Made by a program: the position numbers and the translations under genes
Origin: an uncultured Muribaculaceae bacterium
GTDB taxonomy: Bacteria; Bacteroidota; Bacteroidia; Bacteroidales; UBA932
DNA length: 64,000 bases
Direction of reading: 5' to 3'
Assembly: GCA_964391955.1 (NCBI GenBank)
Contig: CAYMOB010000005.1
Location: 39,519-103,518, forward strand
The notes under the pieces: model-generated
Database searches by the model: none
Told to the model about the DNA's origin: nothing
What the model saw: only the letters and a program-made list of their open reading frames with translations
Shown here: positions 1 to 10,109 of the stretch, piece after piece
Layout of the letters: the number at the start of each line of letters is the position of its first letter
How positions within the stretch are numbered: position 1 is the first letter of the stretch

Positions 1-22
1 ATGCTCCCATAGTGTTCCCGTG

Positions 23-577
23 TCATTTGATTTTCGTGGCGTACCTTGCAAAAACCTTTCCTTTCGCAATGTTCTGAAGCTTCTTCGAGATAATCTTCTT
101 TCTGATCGGAGCGACATGATCCACGAACATATCTCCGTCAAGATGAGACAGCTCGTGCTGCACCATACGGCAGGCGAATTTATCAAAAGTCTCCGTAACC
201 TTCTCGAAATCACCGTTGTAATATTCAACGGTAATACTCTGGGGCCTGGTGACATCGCAGTAGATGCCCGGAATGCTGAGACAGCCTTCGGAATATTCAC
301 ATTTCCTCTCGCTTTCTTCGAGGATGACCGGGTTGATCATCACTCTCCTGAAATCGGCGAGATAGGGATAGACATCAGCCATCCCGGTCCCGTCGACAAT
401 CAGGATCCTGACGCTCTCCCCGACCTGAGGGGCGGCGAGTCCGCAGCCTTCCGACTTCACGAGAGTCTCCTTCATATCATCGATAAGACGGGTGATTCTC
501 TCCTTGTCGGAAAGATCGGCCGGAGCGGCCACTTGCCGGAGCACCTCCGAGCCGTATAAATAAATCGGTAATATCAT
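23..577 (-). CDS. def: peptide deformylase
   Basis: 184 aa; motifs GLAAPQVG, EGCLSIPG, HELSHLDG; ATG start checked. Confidence 0.95.
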   Translation of the reverse strand: MILPIYLYGSEVLRQVAAPADLSDKERITRLIDDMKETLVKSEGCGLAAPQVGESVRILIVDGTGMADVYPYLADFRRVMINPVILEESERKCEYSEGCLSIPGIYCDVTRPQSITVEYYNGDFEKVTETFDKFACRMVQHELSHLDGDMFVDHVAPIRKKIISKKLQNIAKGKVFARYATKIK

Positions 578-585
578 AACTGTTT

Positions 586-1008
586 CTACTTGTTTCTGTT
601 TGTCCTGTCAAGGTAGCTCTGGAGGATAATCGCGGCGCTTATTCTGTCCACGGAAGTCTTGTCCCTTCGGTCCTTGGCCTTCATACCTCCGTCGATCATC
701 GCTCGGTGGGCCAGCACCGAGGTGAACCTCTCGTCCTCCAAAGTCACCGGAATGTCCGGAAAAGCCTTCGCCAGATGCTTCAGGAATATGTCCACGTCGG
801 CGGCAGCTTCGGAAGGCCTGTTGTTCATATTCATCGGATAGCCGACCACAAAGCGGGTTATGGACTCGTTTTGAGCATAATTTTTGATATATTCTATTAT
901 CTTTGCAGCCGGAACCGTGTCCAGGGCTGAGGCAAAAATACCCAGCGGGTCGCTGACCGCGACCCCAACGCGCTTGCGTCCGTAGTCTATGCCTATAATC
1001 CTGTCCAT
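586..1008 (-). CDS. ruvX: Holliday junction resolvase-like RuvX/YqgF
   Basis: MDRIIGIDYGRKRVGVAVSD N-terminus typical of YqgF family. The track ORF starts at a TTG (1020); ATG at 1008 preferred. Confidence 0.9.
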   Translation of the reverse strand: MDRIIGIDYGRKRVGVAVSDPLGIFASALDTVPAAKIIEYIKNYAQNESITRFVVGYPMNMNNRPSEAAADVDIFLKHLAKAFPDIPVTLEDERFTSVLAHRAMIDGGMKAKDRRDKTSVDRISAAIILQSYLDRTNRNK

Positions 1009-1053
1009 TGTAATCCGCAAAGTTAACGAAAAAGGCTCTCAAGTCAAAATCTT

Positions 1054-1905
1054 ATGTCCAAACAGAAAAAACACGGCATAGCTAACAACTTCAGGCTCAC
1101 GTTGGTGGATGACGACACCCACGACACGCTGTGGTCAAGGAAATTCACTAAAATGGACGCTCTCGTGGCGGGAATCACTGTCGTGGTGGTCTCCATTACG
1201 GTCATATTCTGCCTCATCGCATTCACCCCTGTCCGCACTCTGATTCCGGGCTATCCTAACTCGAGGACAAAGCACGACGCAATCCTGAACGCCATCAGGG
1301 TGGACTCACTTGAGAATGTCATCACGAAATGGGAACTTTATTCGGAGAATCTCCGCAGGGTCGTGGACGGACAGGAGCCTTTGAGAATCGACAGTCTCCT
1401 GGATGTCAGGAACAGCTCGCCGGAGAAAGTGGCCGACCACGAGGACTTGGCGAGAAAGGACTCGCTCCTCAGGAAGGATGTGGCGGACGAGGACAAGTTC
1501 AACCTCAAATCCAATCCGTCAAGGACCCTCCCGATAGAAGGCATGCACTTCTTCACACCGCTCAAAGGTGTGGTCTCCCAAGGATACGACAAGGCTCTTC
1601 ATCCTTACATAGACATCACGGCCCCGGACAATTCGGTGGTGATGTCGGTACTGGACGGCACTGTGATCTCGGCCGGCTGGACAGACACGGAAGGCTACAC
1701 GATAAGAATACAGCACGAAGGCGACATCATCTCCGTCTACAAGCACAACCAGAAGCTTATGAAGAAGACCGGGGACAAGGTGAGCGCCGGAACGCCGATA
1801 GCGATACTTGGAGGCACAGGAACGCTTTCTGACGGAGAGCATCTCCATTTTGAGCTATGGCACAACGGAGAGGCCGTGGATCCCACCAAATATATCAGTT
1901 TCTGA
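1054..1905 (+). CDS. M23 family metallopeptidase (membrane anchored)
   Basis: 283 aa; N-terminal TM helix; C-terminal LytM-type motifs HPYIDI, HEGDIISVYKHN, HLHFELWHNG. Confidence 0.85.
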   Translation: MSKQKKHGIANNFRLTLVDDDTHDTLWSRKFTKMDALVAGITVVVVSITVIFCLIAFTPVRTLIPGYPNSRTKHDAILNAIRVDSLENVITKWELYSENLRRVVDGQEPLRIDSLLDVRNSSPEKVADHEDLARKDSLLRKDVADEDKFNLKSNPSRTLPIEGMHFFTPLKGVVSQGYDKALHPYIDITAPDNSVVMSVLDGTVISAGWTDTEGYTIRIQHEGDIISVYKHNQKLMKKTGDKVSAGTPIAILGGTGTLSDGEHLHFELWHNGEAVDPTKYISF

Positions 1906-3071
1906 TGGATAAAAGAAGAATAGCGATACTCGGCTCCACCGGTTCGATAGGCCGGCAGACCTTGGATGTGATAAGGGAGCACAAGGATCTTTTCGAGGTG
2001 GAGCTTCTGACCTGCAAAAGCAGCTGGGAGCTTATGGCGGCCCAAGCCAGGGAATTCGACGCCAACAACGCTGTCATCTGCGACGAGACTAAGTACAAAG
2101 ACCTTTCCGGAGCGCTTGACGGAAGCGACACCAAGGCCTTCGCCGGGATAAAGTCCGTCTGTGACCTTGTGACGAGCGACAGGGTGGACATCGTGGTGGC
2201 GGCGATGGTGGGATTCAGCGGGCTGGCGCCCACTATGGCCGCAATCGGAGCCGGAAAAGTCATCGCTCTGGCCAACAAGGAGACGCTTGTCTCCGCGGGA
2301 CCGACCGTGATGGCGATGTCCAGAAAGTACAACGCACCGATTCTCCCCGTGGACTCGGAGCACTCCGCAATTTTCCAATGCCTGATGTCAGCACAGGGAA
2401 ACGCGATACACAGGATTCATCTCACCGCATCGGGAGGGCCGTTCAGGACTTGGGACAGGGAACGCATAAGCGCGGCCACCAAGGATATGGCCCTCAAACA
2501 CCCGAACTGGAGTATGGGAGCGAAAATCACCATCGACTCGGCCACTATGATGAACAAGGGGTTCGAGGTTATCGAGGCGCGGTGGCTCTTCGACACCCCG
2601 GCCGAGAGAATCAACGTGGTAGTCCACCCGGAGTCAATCATCCATTCGATGGTAGAATACGAGGACGGTTCCGTCATCGCCCAACTCGCCAATCCGGACA
2701 TGCGCGAGCCTATCCAGTTCGCGATAGGATTCCCGAAAAGACTCCCGCTCGCAAACAAGAAACTGAATTTCGCCGAAATCGGAAGCATTTCTTTCTCCGA
2801 ACCAGACACCGTGAAGTTTCCGGCCCTTGCCCTGGCCTACAAGGCGATGGAGCGCGGCGGGAATGTTCCTTGCGCGCTAAACGCGGCCAACGAAGCGGCG
2901 GTGGCGGCTTTCCTGCGCGACAGGATTCCTTTTTACGGCATCACCGATGTCGTCGGAGAATGCATGGAATGTGTTCCGTTCATCGGAGAACCGACCGTCG
3001 AGGACATATTCAAGACAAACGAAGAGATATATTCATTGGCCCGGAAAAAGATAGAGGCCATCGCAAAATAA
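1905..3071 (+). CDS. dxr: 1-deoxy-D-xylulose 5-phosphate reductoisomerase
   Basis: MDKRRIAILGSTGSIGRQTLDV NADPH-binding N-terminus, LANKE, DSEHSAIFQC. ATG at 1905 overlaps the upstream TGA (TGATG). Confidence 0.95.
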   Translation: MDKRRIAILGSTGSIGRQTLDVIREHKDLFEVELLTCKSSWELMAAQAREFDANNAVICDETKYKDLSGALDGSDTKAFAGIKSVCDLVTSDRVDIVVAAMVGFSGLAPTMAAIGAGKVIALANKETLVSAGPTVMAMSRKYNAPILPVDSEHSAIFQCLMSAQGNAIHRIHLTASGGPFRTWDRERISAATKDMALKHPNWSMGAKITIDSATMMNKGFEVIEARWLFDTPAERINVVVHPESIIHSMVEYEDGSVIAQLANPDMREPIQFAIGFPKRLPLANKKLNFAEIGSISFSEPDTVKFPALALAYKAMERGGNVPCALNAANEAAVAAFLRDRIPFYGITDVVGECMECVPFIGEPTVEDIFKTNEEIYSLARKKIEAIAK

Positions 3072-3080
3072 AGGTTCACA

Positions 3081-4418
3081 ATGGTTGTTTTAATGAAGAT
3101 TCTGCAAGTCATCCTTGCCCTTTCCATTCTTATAATAATACACGAGTTCGGTCACTTCTCGTTCGCCAAGATGTTCGGGATACGTGTGGACAAGTTTTTT
3201 CTTTTCTTCGACGCCGGAGGGTTCAAGCTGTTCAGTACCAAGGGGAAATGGTTCACCAAGATTTTTCCGGAAGCCAAGGGCTGGGAGACCGAGTACGGCA
3301 TAGGGTGGCTGCCGCTCGGCGGCTACTGCAAGATTTGCGGAATGATCGACGAGTCAATGGACACGGAAGCGTTGAAAAAGACTCCGCAGCCGTGGGAGTT
3401 CCGCACCAAGAAAGCCTGGCAAAGACTTCTGGTGATGGCCGGAGGCGTGATATATAATTTCATTTTCGCCATTGTCGCCTATATCGCGGTTATGGCGATC
3501 TGGGGAACCGCCTACATCAGCAACGAAGGCAGCCAAATCTACACCAACGAGCTGGGAGTCGAACTGGGCTTCCGCAACGGAGACCACATCATCAGGATGG
3601 ATGACTATGTCCCGGAGAATTTCGGAATGCTCCAGGCCGATCTCGCCCGCAGGAATGTCGGCAAGGTCACAGTCCTCAGAGACAAGGACACGGTGGATCT
3701 CTACATCGACCGGTCGATGATCGGAGAGGTACTCAACACTCCAGGCGTGTTCGATCTGGCCGTCCCGTTCGTGATTGACTCAGTGATGAGCGCATCCTCC
3801 AATTCCGCCGCCGGACTCATGTGCGGGGACAGGATCATCGCGCTTGACAGCGTAGCGACACCTTTCGTCCAGGATTCGAGGGAGTATCTCTCGCTGACAA
3901 GCGGCGGATCAGTGACGGCCACTCTCCTTCGCGGGGCGGACACTCTCTCGGTCCCGCTTCAGGTGGACACGGCAGGCAGGCTCGGAGTATATATGCGGAT
4001 TCCGGGAATGAAGACGATGGAATATTCACTGCTCAGCGCTGTCCCAGCGGGATTGAAACTGACTTTCAGCACCATTGGAGGTTATCTGAGGGATCTCAGG
4101 CTCGTGGCTTCGCCAAGCACGGAGGCCTACAAGTCCGTTGGCAGTTTCATCGCCATCGGCCAGGTCTTTCCGTCAACGTGGGACTGGTACCGGTTCCTGA
4201 ATATCCTTGCCCTGCTGTCGATAATGCTCGGAGTGATGAACCTTCTGCCTATTCCAGCGCTTGACGGCGGCCACATCGTGTTCTGCCTGTATGAGATGGT
4301 CACCGGACGCAAGCCAAGCGACCGTTTCCTTGAAGCCGCACAGATCATCGGGATGATACTTCTGCTCCTGCTGATGGTGCTGGCATTCGGCAACGACATC
4401 GCCCGGTTTGTGCGATAG
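3081..4418 (+). CDS. rseP: RIP metalloprotease RseP (site-2 protease)
   Basis: 445 aa; HEFGHF zinc motif in first TM, PDZ-like middle, C-terminal NLLPIPALDGGH. Confidence 0.9.
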   Translation: MVVLMKILQVILALSILIIIHEFGHFSFAKMFGIRVDKFFLFFDAGGFKLFSTKGKWFTKIFPEAKGWETEYGIGWLPLGGYCKICGMIDESMDTEALKKTPQPWEFRTKKAWQRLLVMAGGVIYNFIFAIVAYIAVMAIWGTAYISNEGSQIYTNELGVELGFRNGDHIIRMDDYVPENFGMLQADLARRNVGKVTVLRDKDTVDLYIDRSMIGEVLNTPGVFDLAVPFVIDSVMSASSNSAAGLMCGDRIIALDSVATPFVQDSREYLSLTSGGSVTATLLRGADTLSVPLQVDTAGRLGVYMRIPGMKTMEYSLLSAVPAGLKLTFSTIGGYLRDLRLVASPSTEAYKSVGSFIAIGQVFPSTWDWYRFLNILALLSIMLGVMNLLPIPALDGGHIVFCLYEMVTGRKPSDRFLEAAQIIGMILLLLLMVLAFGNDIARFVR

Positions 4419-4554
4419 CCGGGCCGTCCGCCTGCCTCAGGAGACGGAATCTGACGAGGCGTCACGGAAATGACGCATAGCTGGTTTCGGCCAACAGCTT
4501 CTTAGACAGCTCCCGAAATCGAGGGTTAAAATGCGGAGAAGAGTTAATAAAACC

Positions 4555-4571
4555 GACAGCCACTGGCTGTC
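4555..4571 (+). terminator. short hairpin after rseP
   Basis: GACAGCC-ACT-GGCTGTC, 7-bp stem, followed by an AT-rich tail. Confidence 0.35.
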
Positions 4572-4615
4572 AATTATTTACAACAAGGCAACGAGAGTAT
4601 TGCGACCTCCGGAAA

Positions 4616-4647
4616 TTTGAACTTTCAGGAGGTTTGACGTAACTTTG
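4616..4647 (+). promoter_or_regulatory. Bacteroides-type promoter (-33 TTTG, -7 TAACTTTG)
   Basis: TTTG at 4616-4619 and TAACTTTG at 4640-4647, 20-nt spacer, 21 nt upstream of ATG 4669. Confidence 0.45.
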
Positions 4648-4668
4648 CAACCAGAAAAGACAAAGAAT

Positions 4669-5676
4669 ATGAGATACATTTCCAGAATCACAATCGTCGC
4701 CCTCACACTGTTGGGAGCGATGTCATGCGGGAACGGCGCGAAGCCCCTTCTGCCGAACGTCTCCGGAAAGGCGGGGGAAGTCATCATCGTCATCGGAAAG
4801 GACAATTGGGAGGGGAACCTTGGTAACGAAATCGGCGGCCTGCTGGCAAGGGACTGCGAGTACCTGCCGCAAAGGGAACCGCTCTACTCATTGGTCAACA
4901 TCTCACCGGGCGTCTTCACGGATGTGTTCAAGTTCCACAGGAACATCGTGATATTCAACATCGACTCCACAATCACCAGGCAGGGAGTGGTTTACAGGAC
5001 TGATGTCTGGGCCCGTCCCCAATGTGTGATCCAGGTGAACGCATCCTGCGCCGACTCGGCAATCGTCGTGCTGGACAAGAACGGCGACAACATCACCGGC
5101 GCGCTTGAACAGGCGGAAAGGAACAGGGTAATCGCCAACACGCTGCTCTACGAGGAATCGAAGCTTGGGGATGTGGTTGAGGGGATGATCGGGGGAAGAG
5201 TCCATTTCCCAATCGGTTACAACCTCAAGAAAGTGGCTGATGACTTCATCTGGATAGCGGATGAGAAGCAGTACAGCACACAAGGTATCTTCATCTACAA
5301 GTACCCGGCCGACGACGAGGATCCATTCTCGGAGGAGAATATCATCGCCAGACGCAACGCATTCCTCAAGAAATATGTCCCGGGATCCGCCGAGAACTCA
5401 TATATGATTACAAGCGTATTCGTGAAACCCGGCATAAAGTTCCTTAAGTACCACAACCTGGACTTCGTGGAGACAAGAGGGCTATGGGAGGTTTACAATG
5501 ACTATATGGGCGGGCCGTTCGTCTCGCACTCGTTCTACAGCAAAGACGGCAAGGAGATTATAGTGCTTGAGGCCTGGGTGTACGCTCCGAAGTACGACAA
5601 GCGTCAATACCTCAGGCAGACAGAGTCTCTTTTGTACTCTTTCGAGTGGAACGAAAGCGGAAATGAGACTAAATAG
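4669..5676 (+). CDS. lipoprotein, DUF4837-like
   Basis: MRYISRITIVALTLLGAMSCGNG lipobox signal; family assigned from memory of Bacteroidales homologs, not searched. Confidence 0.7.
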   Translation: MRYISRITIVALTLLGAMSCGNGAKPLLPNVSGKAGEVIIVIGKDNWEGNLGNEIGGLLARDCEYLPQREPLYSLVNISPGVFTDVFKFHRNIVIFNIDSTITRQGVVYRTDVWARPQCVIQVNASCADSAIVVLDKNGDNITGALEQAERNRVIANTLLYEESKLGDVVEGMIGGRVHFPIGYNLKKVADDFIWIADEKQYSTQGIFIYKYPADDEDPFSEENIIARRNAFLKKYVPGSAENSYMITSVFVKPGIKFLKYHNLDFVETRGLWEVYNDYMGGPFVSHSFYSKDGKEIIVLEAWVYAPKYDKRQYLRQTESLLYSFEWNESGNETK

Positions 5677-5769
5677 GGCAAATAACACCCGAATTATTTT
5701 GCAAGGTCGAAAATTATCCATATATTTGCATCCTAATTTGGCGGATAGCCATATTGGGAAATTTAGATT

Positions 5770-5841
5770 GGTGGGTTCGTATAACGGTTAGTACTCGGGA
5801 TTTTCATTCCCGCAATAGGAGTTCGATTCTCCTACCCACTA
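5770..5841 (+). tRNA. tRNA-Glu (anticodon TTC)
   Basis: Cloverleaf folded by hand: acceptor GGTGGGT/ACCCACT, anticodon stem CGGGA/TCCCG, loop TTTTCAT, T-loop TTCGATT. Confidence 0.9.
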
Positions 5842-5862
5842 CAAATTTAAAAAATAAAAACG

Positions 5863-6117
5863 ATGGCAAATCACGCATCAGCCAAAAAGGCTAATCGCCA
5901 GAACGAGAGGCGCAGATTGCATAATAAGTATTATGCAAAATCAACGAGGAACGCTATACGCGCGATTCGTAACACTACAGACAAGAAGACTGCCGAAGAA
6001 GGCGCTCCTAAGGTCTATGCAATGATTGACAAACTCGCGAAGATTGGAGTCATTCACAAGAATAAGGCTGCAAACCTCAAGAGTGGAATTGCGGTTTACA
6101 TCAACAAACTCGCATAA
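5863..6117 (+). CDS. rpsT: 30S ribosomal protein S20
   Basis: 84 aa; [33 protein letters not shown]. Confidence 0.95.
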   Translation: MANHASAKKANRQNERRRLHNKYYAKSTRNAIRAIRNTTDKKTAEEGAPKVYAMIDKLAKIGVIHKNKAANLKSGIAVYINKLA

Positions 6118-6127
6118 AGGAATATCG

Positions 6128-6153
6128 AAAGGCAGTCTCCCGAGGCTGCCTTT
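6128..6153 (+). terminator. hairpin after rpsT
   Basis: AAAGGCAG...CTGCCTTT stem; weak T tract. Confidence 0.4.
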
Positions 6154-6177
6154 CGAGAAAAAAGCCGATAAGGCAAT

Positions 6178-6250
6178 CGGGATGTAGCGCAGTTGGTAGC
6201 GCACTACGTTCGGGACGTAGGGGTCGTCCGTTCGAGTCGGATCATCCCGA
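6178..6250 (+). tRNA. tRNA-Pro (anticodon CGG)
   Basis: CGGGATG/CATCCCG acceptor, anticodon stem CTACG/CGTAG with loop TTCGGGA, T-loop TTCGAGT. Confidence 0.95.
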
Positions 6251-6251
6251 C

Positions 6252-6283
6252 AAGAGGAGAGAATCGAAAGATTCCCTCCTCTT
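6252..6283. terminator. bidirectional hairpin between tRNA-Pro and nrdG
   Basis: 13-bp stem (1 mismatch) AAGAGGAGAGAATC-GAAA-GATTCCCTCCTCTT with GAAA tetraloop. Confidence 0.55.
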
Positions 6284-6309
6284 TACGTATATTCTTCCCG
6301 ACGGCTTCC

Positions 6310-6801
6310 TCACTTTCTGTTCGGGTCGATTCCCCGGCTCCAGAAACAGCGAGTGATGTCTTCCAGCGAATAACCGGAGCCGCGATGTGAGACCTTGTAG
6401 AGCCTCTGGTTGGTGGTTCTTGAGTTCAACGGGCCCAAGGACTCGACGTATGGCCCGACCTTGACATAGTCGAAAGCCTCGAATATTCCGTCCTCGACAT
6501 CCTTGCGTCCTGAATACAATGCGACCGCAATGCCTTTAGAGCGGACGTGACCGGCCAGTCGCAGAAGACTTGCATGGTCATTTCCCTCGCCGAGAAACAG
6601 GAAACAATCGACACCGAAATTATCAGCCACAAGCCTGTCTATGATTTCCTCCGTAAGTTCGTCTCCGACATCCGTTTTCAAAAACGGAGAATGACATCCT
6701 ACGCAATTACCTTGGCAGTTGCTGATGTCAACGGCCAAGGTAACTCTGTCAGGAATCTCCTCGATGACCACCGAAGTCATCTCAGGGATGTATTTAATCA
6801 T
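6310..6801 (-). CDS. nrdG: anaerobic ribonucleoside-triphosphate reductase activating protein
   Basis: MIKYIPEMTSVVIEE...CQGNCVGCHSP radical-SAM cluster. ATG at 6801 overlaps the nrdD stop (ATGA). The longer track ORF lies inside nrdD. Confidence 0.9.
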   Translation of the reverse strand: MIKYIPEMTSVVIEEIPDRVTLAVDISNCQGNCVGCHSPFLKTDVGDELTEEIIDRLVADNFGVDCFLFLGEGNDHASLLRLAGHVRSKGIAVALYSGRKDVEDGIFEAFDYVKVGPYVESLGPLNSRTTNQRLYKVSHRGSGYSLEDITRCFWSRGIDPNRK

Positions 6802-9026
6802 ACTGTCGGTGTCCCCTCCCTGGACTGTGCGAACCCGTCGTGATTGTAGAAGCGGTGGGCCGCCTCGACTTGACGCATTTCGCTGAACGATGACACCCTC
6901 TTCAAGTAACCGATGACCCTTGTCAGATAGTCCAGATTGTGGCCGCCGCACTTGGGACAGACCTCAAGAGTGTCCTTGCTGATGTAACCGCAGTCGTTGC
7001 AGACAGTGTTGCGGCAGTTGAATGTGAAGTAGTTGGTGCCGTAATGAGCGGCGGTCTTCAGCAACTGGCGGTACTGCTCCCTGGAGAGGTGTTCCGCGAC
7101 ATTCATATGCAAAGCCGAGCCTCCGTCAAGATGCTTGACATACTCGTAGCCGTGCAACTTGAACTTATCTATCATCGAAAGCGACTCATCCTCGGGATTG
7201 TAGAAGTACGAGCTGTACATATTATGCTTCGGAGAGACGTAGAAGCCATCCTTCTGATCCCATTTGTAGTTCTTTCCTGAAAGATTCTCGCCCGGAACGA
7301 ACTCGGTGTTGAACATCGTGTCGGAAGTCTTGTCCTTTTTGTTTGAACGGTTGATTGTCTCAAGAATCACATCGACAAACTCGTTGTATTCCGGATTAGG
7401 GCTGATTGTAAGCCCAAGGAACTCCGCGGCGTCGGTAAGTCCGTTGACACCTATTGTAAGATACTGCCGCTTCATATCGATGAAACCGGCCTGATAGACA
7501 TCCAGCATACGCGCGGCAAGGAAATCCTTGATGATCTCGTTGAATGCCTTCTGGTACTTGTGTACCCTCTCGGTCTGCTCGGTCACGGCGGCGCGGATAT
7601 ACTCATAAAGCTGGTTCTTGTCGTAGTCAGACCTTGTCAGAGCCTTGGAGCCATCCGGAACAATCCCCTTTTTCTCAATAAAGTAGCGTCTTGTGGCAAG
7701 CTGGATGAGTCTGTTGAGATTGATTGTCATAACGGACTTTGACCCGGTCGAGACTGACGCGGTTCCCATTGAATATTGATGCGTGGTGTGGTTGTGGGCC
7801 TCGTCTGTCTTGTCAAGCTCGGTGATTGAGTTGCGCAGACGGCAGCAGCTTGCGAGACTGTCCGGGCTGTCGGACAGATAGCAGAAGAAACTGTGTCCCT
7901 TGGACCACATCTCAGCTGTGAAGTCGGCATATTCCTTGTCGATGAAATCGTCCTTTCCATCTGTCAGGAGGGCCATTGTCTCCACAGGGAAGGTAAGGAT
8001 GTAACGGTTCCTTTCCTCGTTGAACCAGTTCATAAAATGTTTCTGGAGCCAGGAAAGAGTCTCCCACTTCGGCTTGCTGTTGTCAGGGAAACGGAATTCT
8101 CCGAAGACACCCTTGAAATAGCTCTCATCGAAATAGCTGATGTTCCAGAACACGGTCTGATAGCCTCTGTTGCCCGCCGGCATGTTCATTGAATGGACGA
8201 CCTGCTGGAAGTAGTTGTCGATCACCTTGACAAGCGTCCTTTTCTTGGCGTTCATCTCCACGACATCCTCAAGATGATCGAGATAGTCGTCTCCGTAGTC
8301 CTTGCGGATGAAATAGTCAAGGTACATCAGGAACTCAGGCGTTGCCACAGCGCCCATGAACTGGGAAGATATCGAATATACCAGATTGATGAACTCTCCG
8401 CAGAATGACTTCAGGTCAGTCGGGGCCACCGAGACACCGCCGAGCTTGATAAGGCCATCCACGAGGAATGGGTACATCGTGATCGCCACACAATAAGGAT
8501 AGCCGGGAGTACCGCTCTCGTCGTGTTTGTAGAGGACATGGCTCTCGAGATCCTTAATGTACTGGCTTGCAAGCGAACGACCGTAAAGGGCTTTGATTTT
8601 GTCCTTCATGATGTAGCGGTTCTGCTTGATGTTGTTCTCCTTGTAGAGTTCCTGACCGAGGGTCACGATATTCTTGCGGGTCACGTTGGCGTTGGCGTCG
8701 AACTTCGAGCCTGTGGCGGCGTTGGAGGCCGCGATGTAATCCCGGATGAAGTCACGCTTCTTCCTGAGATCCAGACCGGCGTCGAACTTTTCGATGTAGG
8801 CCACGGCAACCTTCTTGTTGATGGACATCAGGCTCTCCTCGACCTGTCGCCTGATCTCACGGCTGGTAATCTTGTCGTATATGTAGAGATTCTCCGCGAT
8901 CGAGACGACCACAGCCTCGTGACATTCCTCACCGGCGGTCTTGTAAGCCTCGCGTATGCCGTTCATCAGTTTGACCTTATCGTACTCCTCATAGGAGCCG
9001 TTGGTCTTGCGCACAGTCACATCCAT
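6798..9026 (-). CDS. nrdD: anaerobic ribonucleoside-triphosphate reductase (class III)
   Basis: 742 aa; N-terminal ATP-cone, C-terminal CNDCGY...CPKCGG zinc ribbon and glycyl-radical motif TRVIGYL. Confidence 0.95.
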   Translation of the reverse strand: MDVTVRKTNGSYEEYDKVKLMNGIREAYKTAGEECHEAVVVSIAENLYIYDKITSREIRRQVEESLMSINKKVAVAYIEKFDAGLDLRKKRDFIRDYIAASNAATGSKFDANANVTRKNIVTLGQELYKENNIKQNRYIMKDKIKALYGRSLASQYIKDLESHVLYKHDESGTPGYPYCVAITMYPFLVDGLIKLGGVSVAPTDLKSFCGEFINLVYSISSQFMGAVATPEFLMYLDYFIRKDYGDDYLDHLEDVVEMNAKKRTLVKVIDNYFQQVVHSMNMPAGNRGYQTVFWNISYFDESYFKGVFGEFRFPDNSKPKWETLSWLQKHFMNWFNEERNRYILTFPVETMALLTDGKDDFIDKEYADFTAEMWSKGHSFFCYLSDSPDSLASCCRLRNSITELDKTDEAHNHTTHQYSMGTASVSTGSKSVMTINLNRLIQLATRRYFIEKKGIVPDGSKALTRSDYDKNQLYEYIRAAVTEQTERVHKYQKAFNEIIKDFLAARMLDVYQAGFIDMKRQYLTIGVNGLTDAAEFLGLTISPNPEYNEFVDVILETINRSNKKDKTSDTMFNTEFVPGENLSGKNYKWDQKDGFYVSPKHNMYSSYFYNPEDESLSMIDKFKLHGYEYVKHLDGGSALHMNVAEHLSREQYRQLLKTAAHYGTNYFTFNCRNTVCNDCGYISKDTLEVCPKCGGHNLDYLTRVIGYLKRVSSFSEMRQVEAAHRFYNHDGFAQSREGTPTV

Positions 9027-9116
9027 ATTCTGTTGATTTTATTTCTTAAGTATTGAGAAGCAGTTTATCGGCCAAAAATCAGCCCGTCCTTCAAAAAGGG
9101 GCCGAACCAATCTTTA

Positions 9117-9124
9117 CAAAGATA
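9117..9124 (-). promoter_or_regulatory. candidate -7 box TATCTTTG upstream of nrdD
   Basis: Reverse complement of CAAAGATA; would give a leader of about 85 nt. Confidence 0.35.
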
Positions 9125-9407
9125 GCAGATTATTTGTCCTTTCAGGCAAAAATATCGATAAAAGTTATTAACAATTACATAACTATGATGTTAATTCATT
9201 CTGAATACACCAATTACACGAATGTGAATTTAGAATTGTTACAAATGAGGGCATACGCATAAACCAAGTGCATTTCTTGGCTTTCCCGGCAAAGAACTCC
9301 CGGCGGCATCGGAAAAGAGGCCAGGAGAACACCATCGGAGCCGGATATGGCGACAATCCACGTGGAGGCTTTAATGTCAGATGGAGCGTAAGCGAAGAAT
9401 CCGGTCG

Positions 9408-10109
9408 TCAGAACACCCACTTCACGCCGACGCACGGACGGCAGGCGAAACCGTCATATCCGGCAAAGTTGGCGGAGAGTTCAACCTCACCGCCGATGTT
9501 GAAGTGTTCTCCGAAGCCGTACCATATCTGAGGCTCGGAAAGGAAGACGCACTTGTTCTCCCACCAGACATCGGCGAAGCCGGAGAAACGAAGTCCCTTT
9601 ACGCCGAAGAGATCCTGACATCCCCAGACAGCCGTGAACTGAAGCGGGGCCTTCTGGTAGAGATTCCGGAATTTCTTATAAAGTGCCTTGAGATTAAGGA
9701 TATTGTTGAAATCCTTGCTGTGCAGGAAGCAGTCAACGCCGGCAAGTATCGCATGGTTGACGCCATAGAAGCCGCCGGCTCCGGGATCGCCGAATGTACC
9801 GAACCCGCCATTGTATTCGATATGGACGCTGAAAGCTCCGAGTGCCGAGTCCTGCCAGAGATTAAGGCAGCGGGCTATCTCGAAGTATGTGCTTCCCGGA
9901 GAATCGACGGTACCATTCCCGGACTTTAGCTGATAGTCATAATCTACGAAAAAGAAGGTGTTTCCCCAATCGTCCGCCTTGAACATTTCAAGGGTGGTTG
10001 TGACACATTCACGGTCGAAATCGTAAAAAGCCTGAAGATTGGTCTGAGCCTTCGCCAGCTGAGAAAAGGCAAGCACCGCCGCAACCGCGATAATTGATTT
10101 GTTTGACAT
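9408..10109 (-). CDS. outer-membrane protein, DUF5020 / Tsx-like nucleoside channel candidate
   Basis: MSNKSIIAVAAVLAFSQLAKAQ signal, then alternating beta-strand pattern with a C-terminal aromatic residue. Family from memory. ATG 10109 or 10115. Confidence 0.6.
   Translation of the reverse strand: MSNKSIIAVAAVLAFSQLAKAQTNLQAFYDFDRECVTTTLEMFKADDWGNTFFFVDYDYQLKSGNGTVDSPGSTYFEIARCLNLWQDSALGAFSVHIEYNGGFGTFGDPGAGGFYGVNHAILAGVDCFLHSKDFNNILNLKALYKKFRNLYQKAPLQFTAVWGCQDLFGVKGLRFSGFADVWWENKCVFLSEPQIWYGFGEHFNIGGEVELSANFAGYDGFACRPCVGVKWVF

Noticed and set aside
2378-3457. 359-aa ORF in the track overlapping dxr and rseP
   Set aside because: It lies in an alternative frame of two well-supported genes. 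The product is Arg/Gly-rich with no motifs, typical of a shadow ORF in GC-rich coding DNA.
4419-4500. Possible third copy of the 115-bp intergenic repeat (shares CCGCCTG...CTGACGAG...GGAAATGAC)
   Set aside because: The similarity is limited to short GC-rich words with different spacing, which is not enough to call a copy.
9130-9407. Possible cobalamin or other riboswitch between the DUF5020-like gene and nrdD
   Set aside because: I read both strands and found no B12-box (GCCACTG-type) or other signature I could recognise, only short generic hairpins. The question is left to an Rfam scan.
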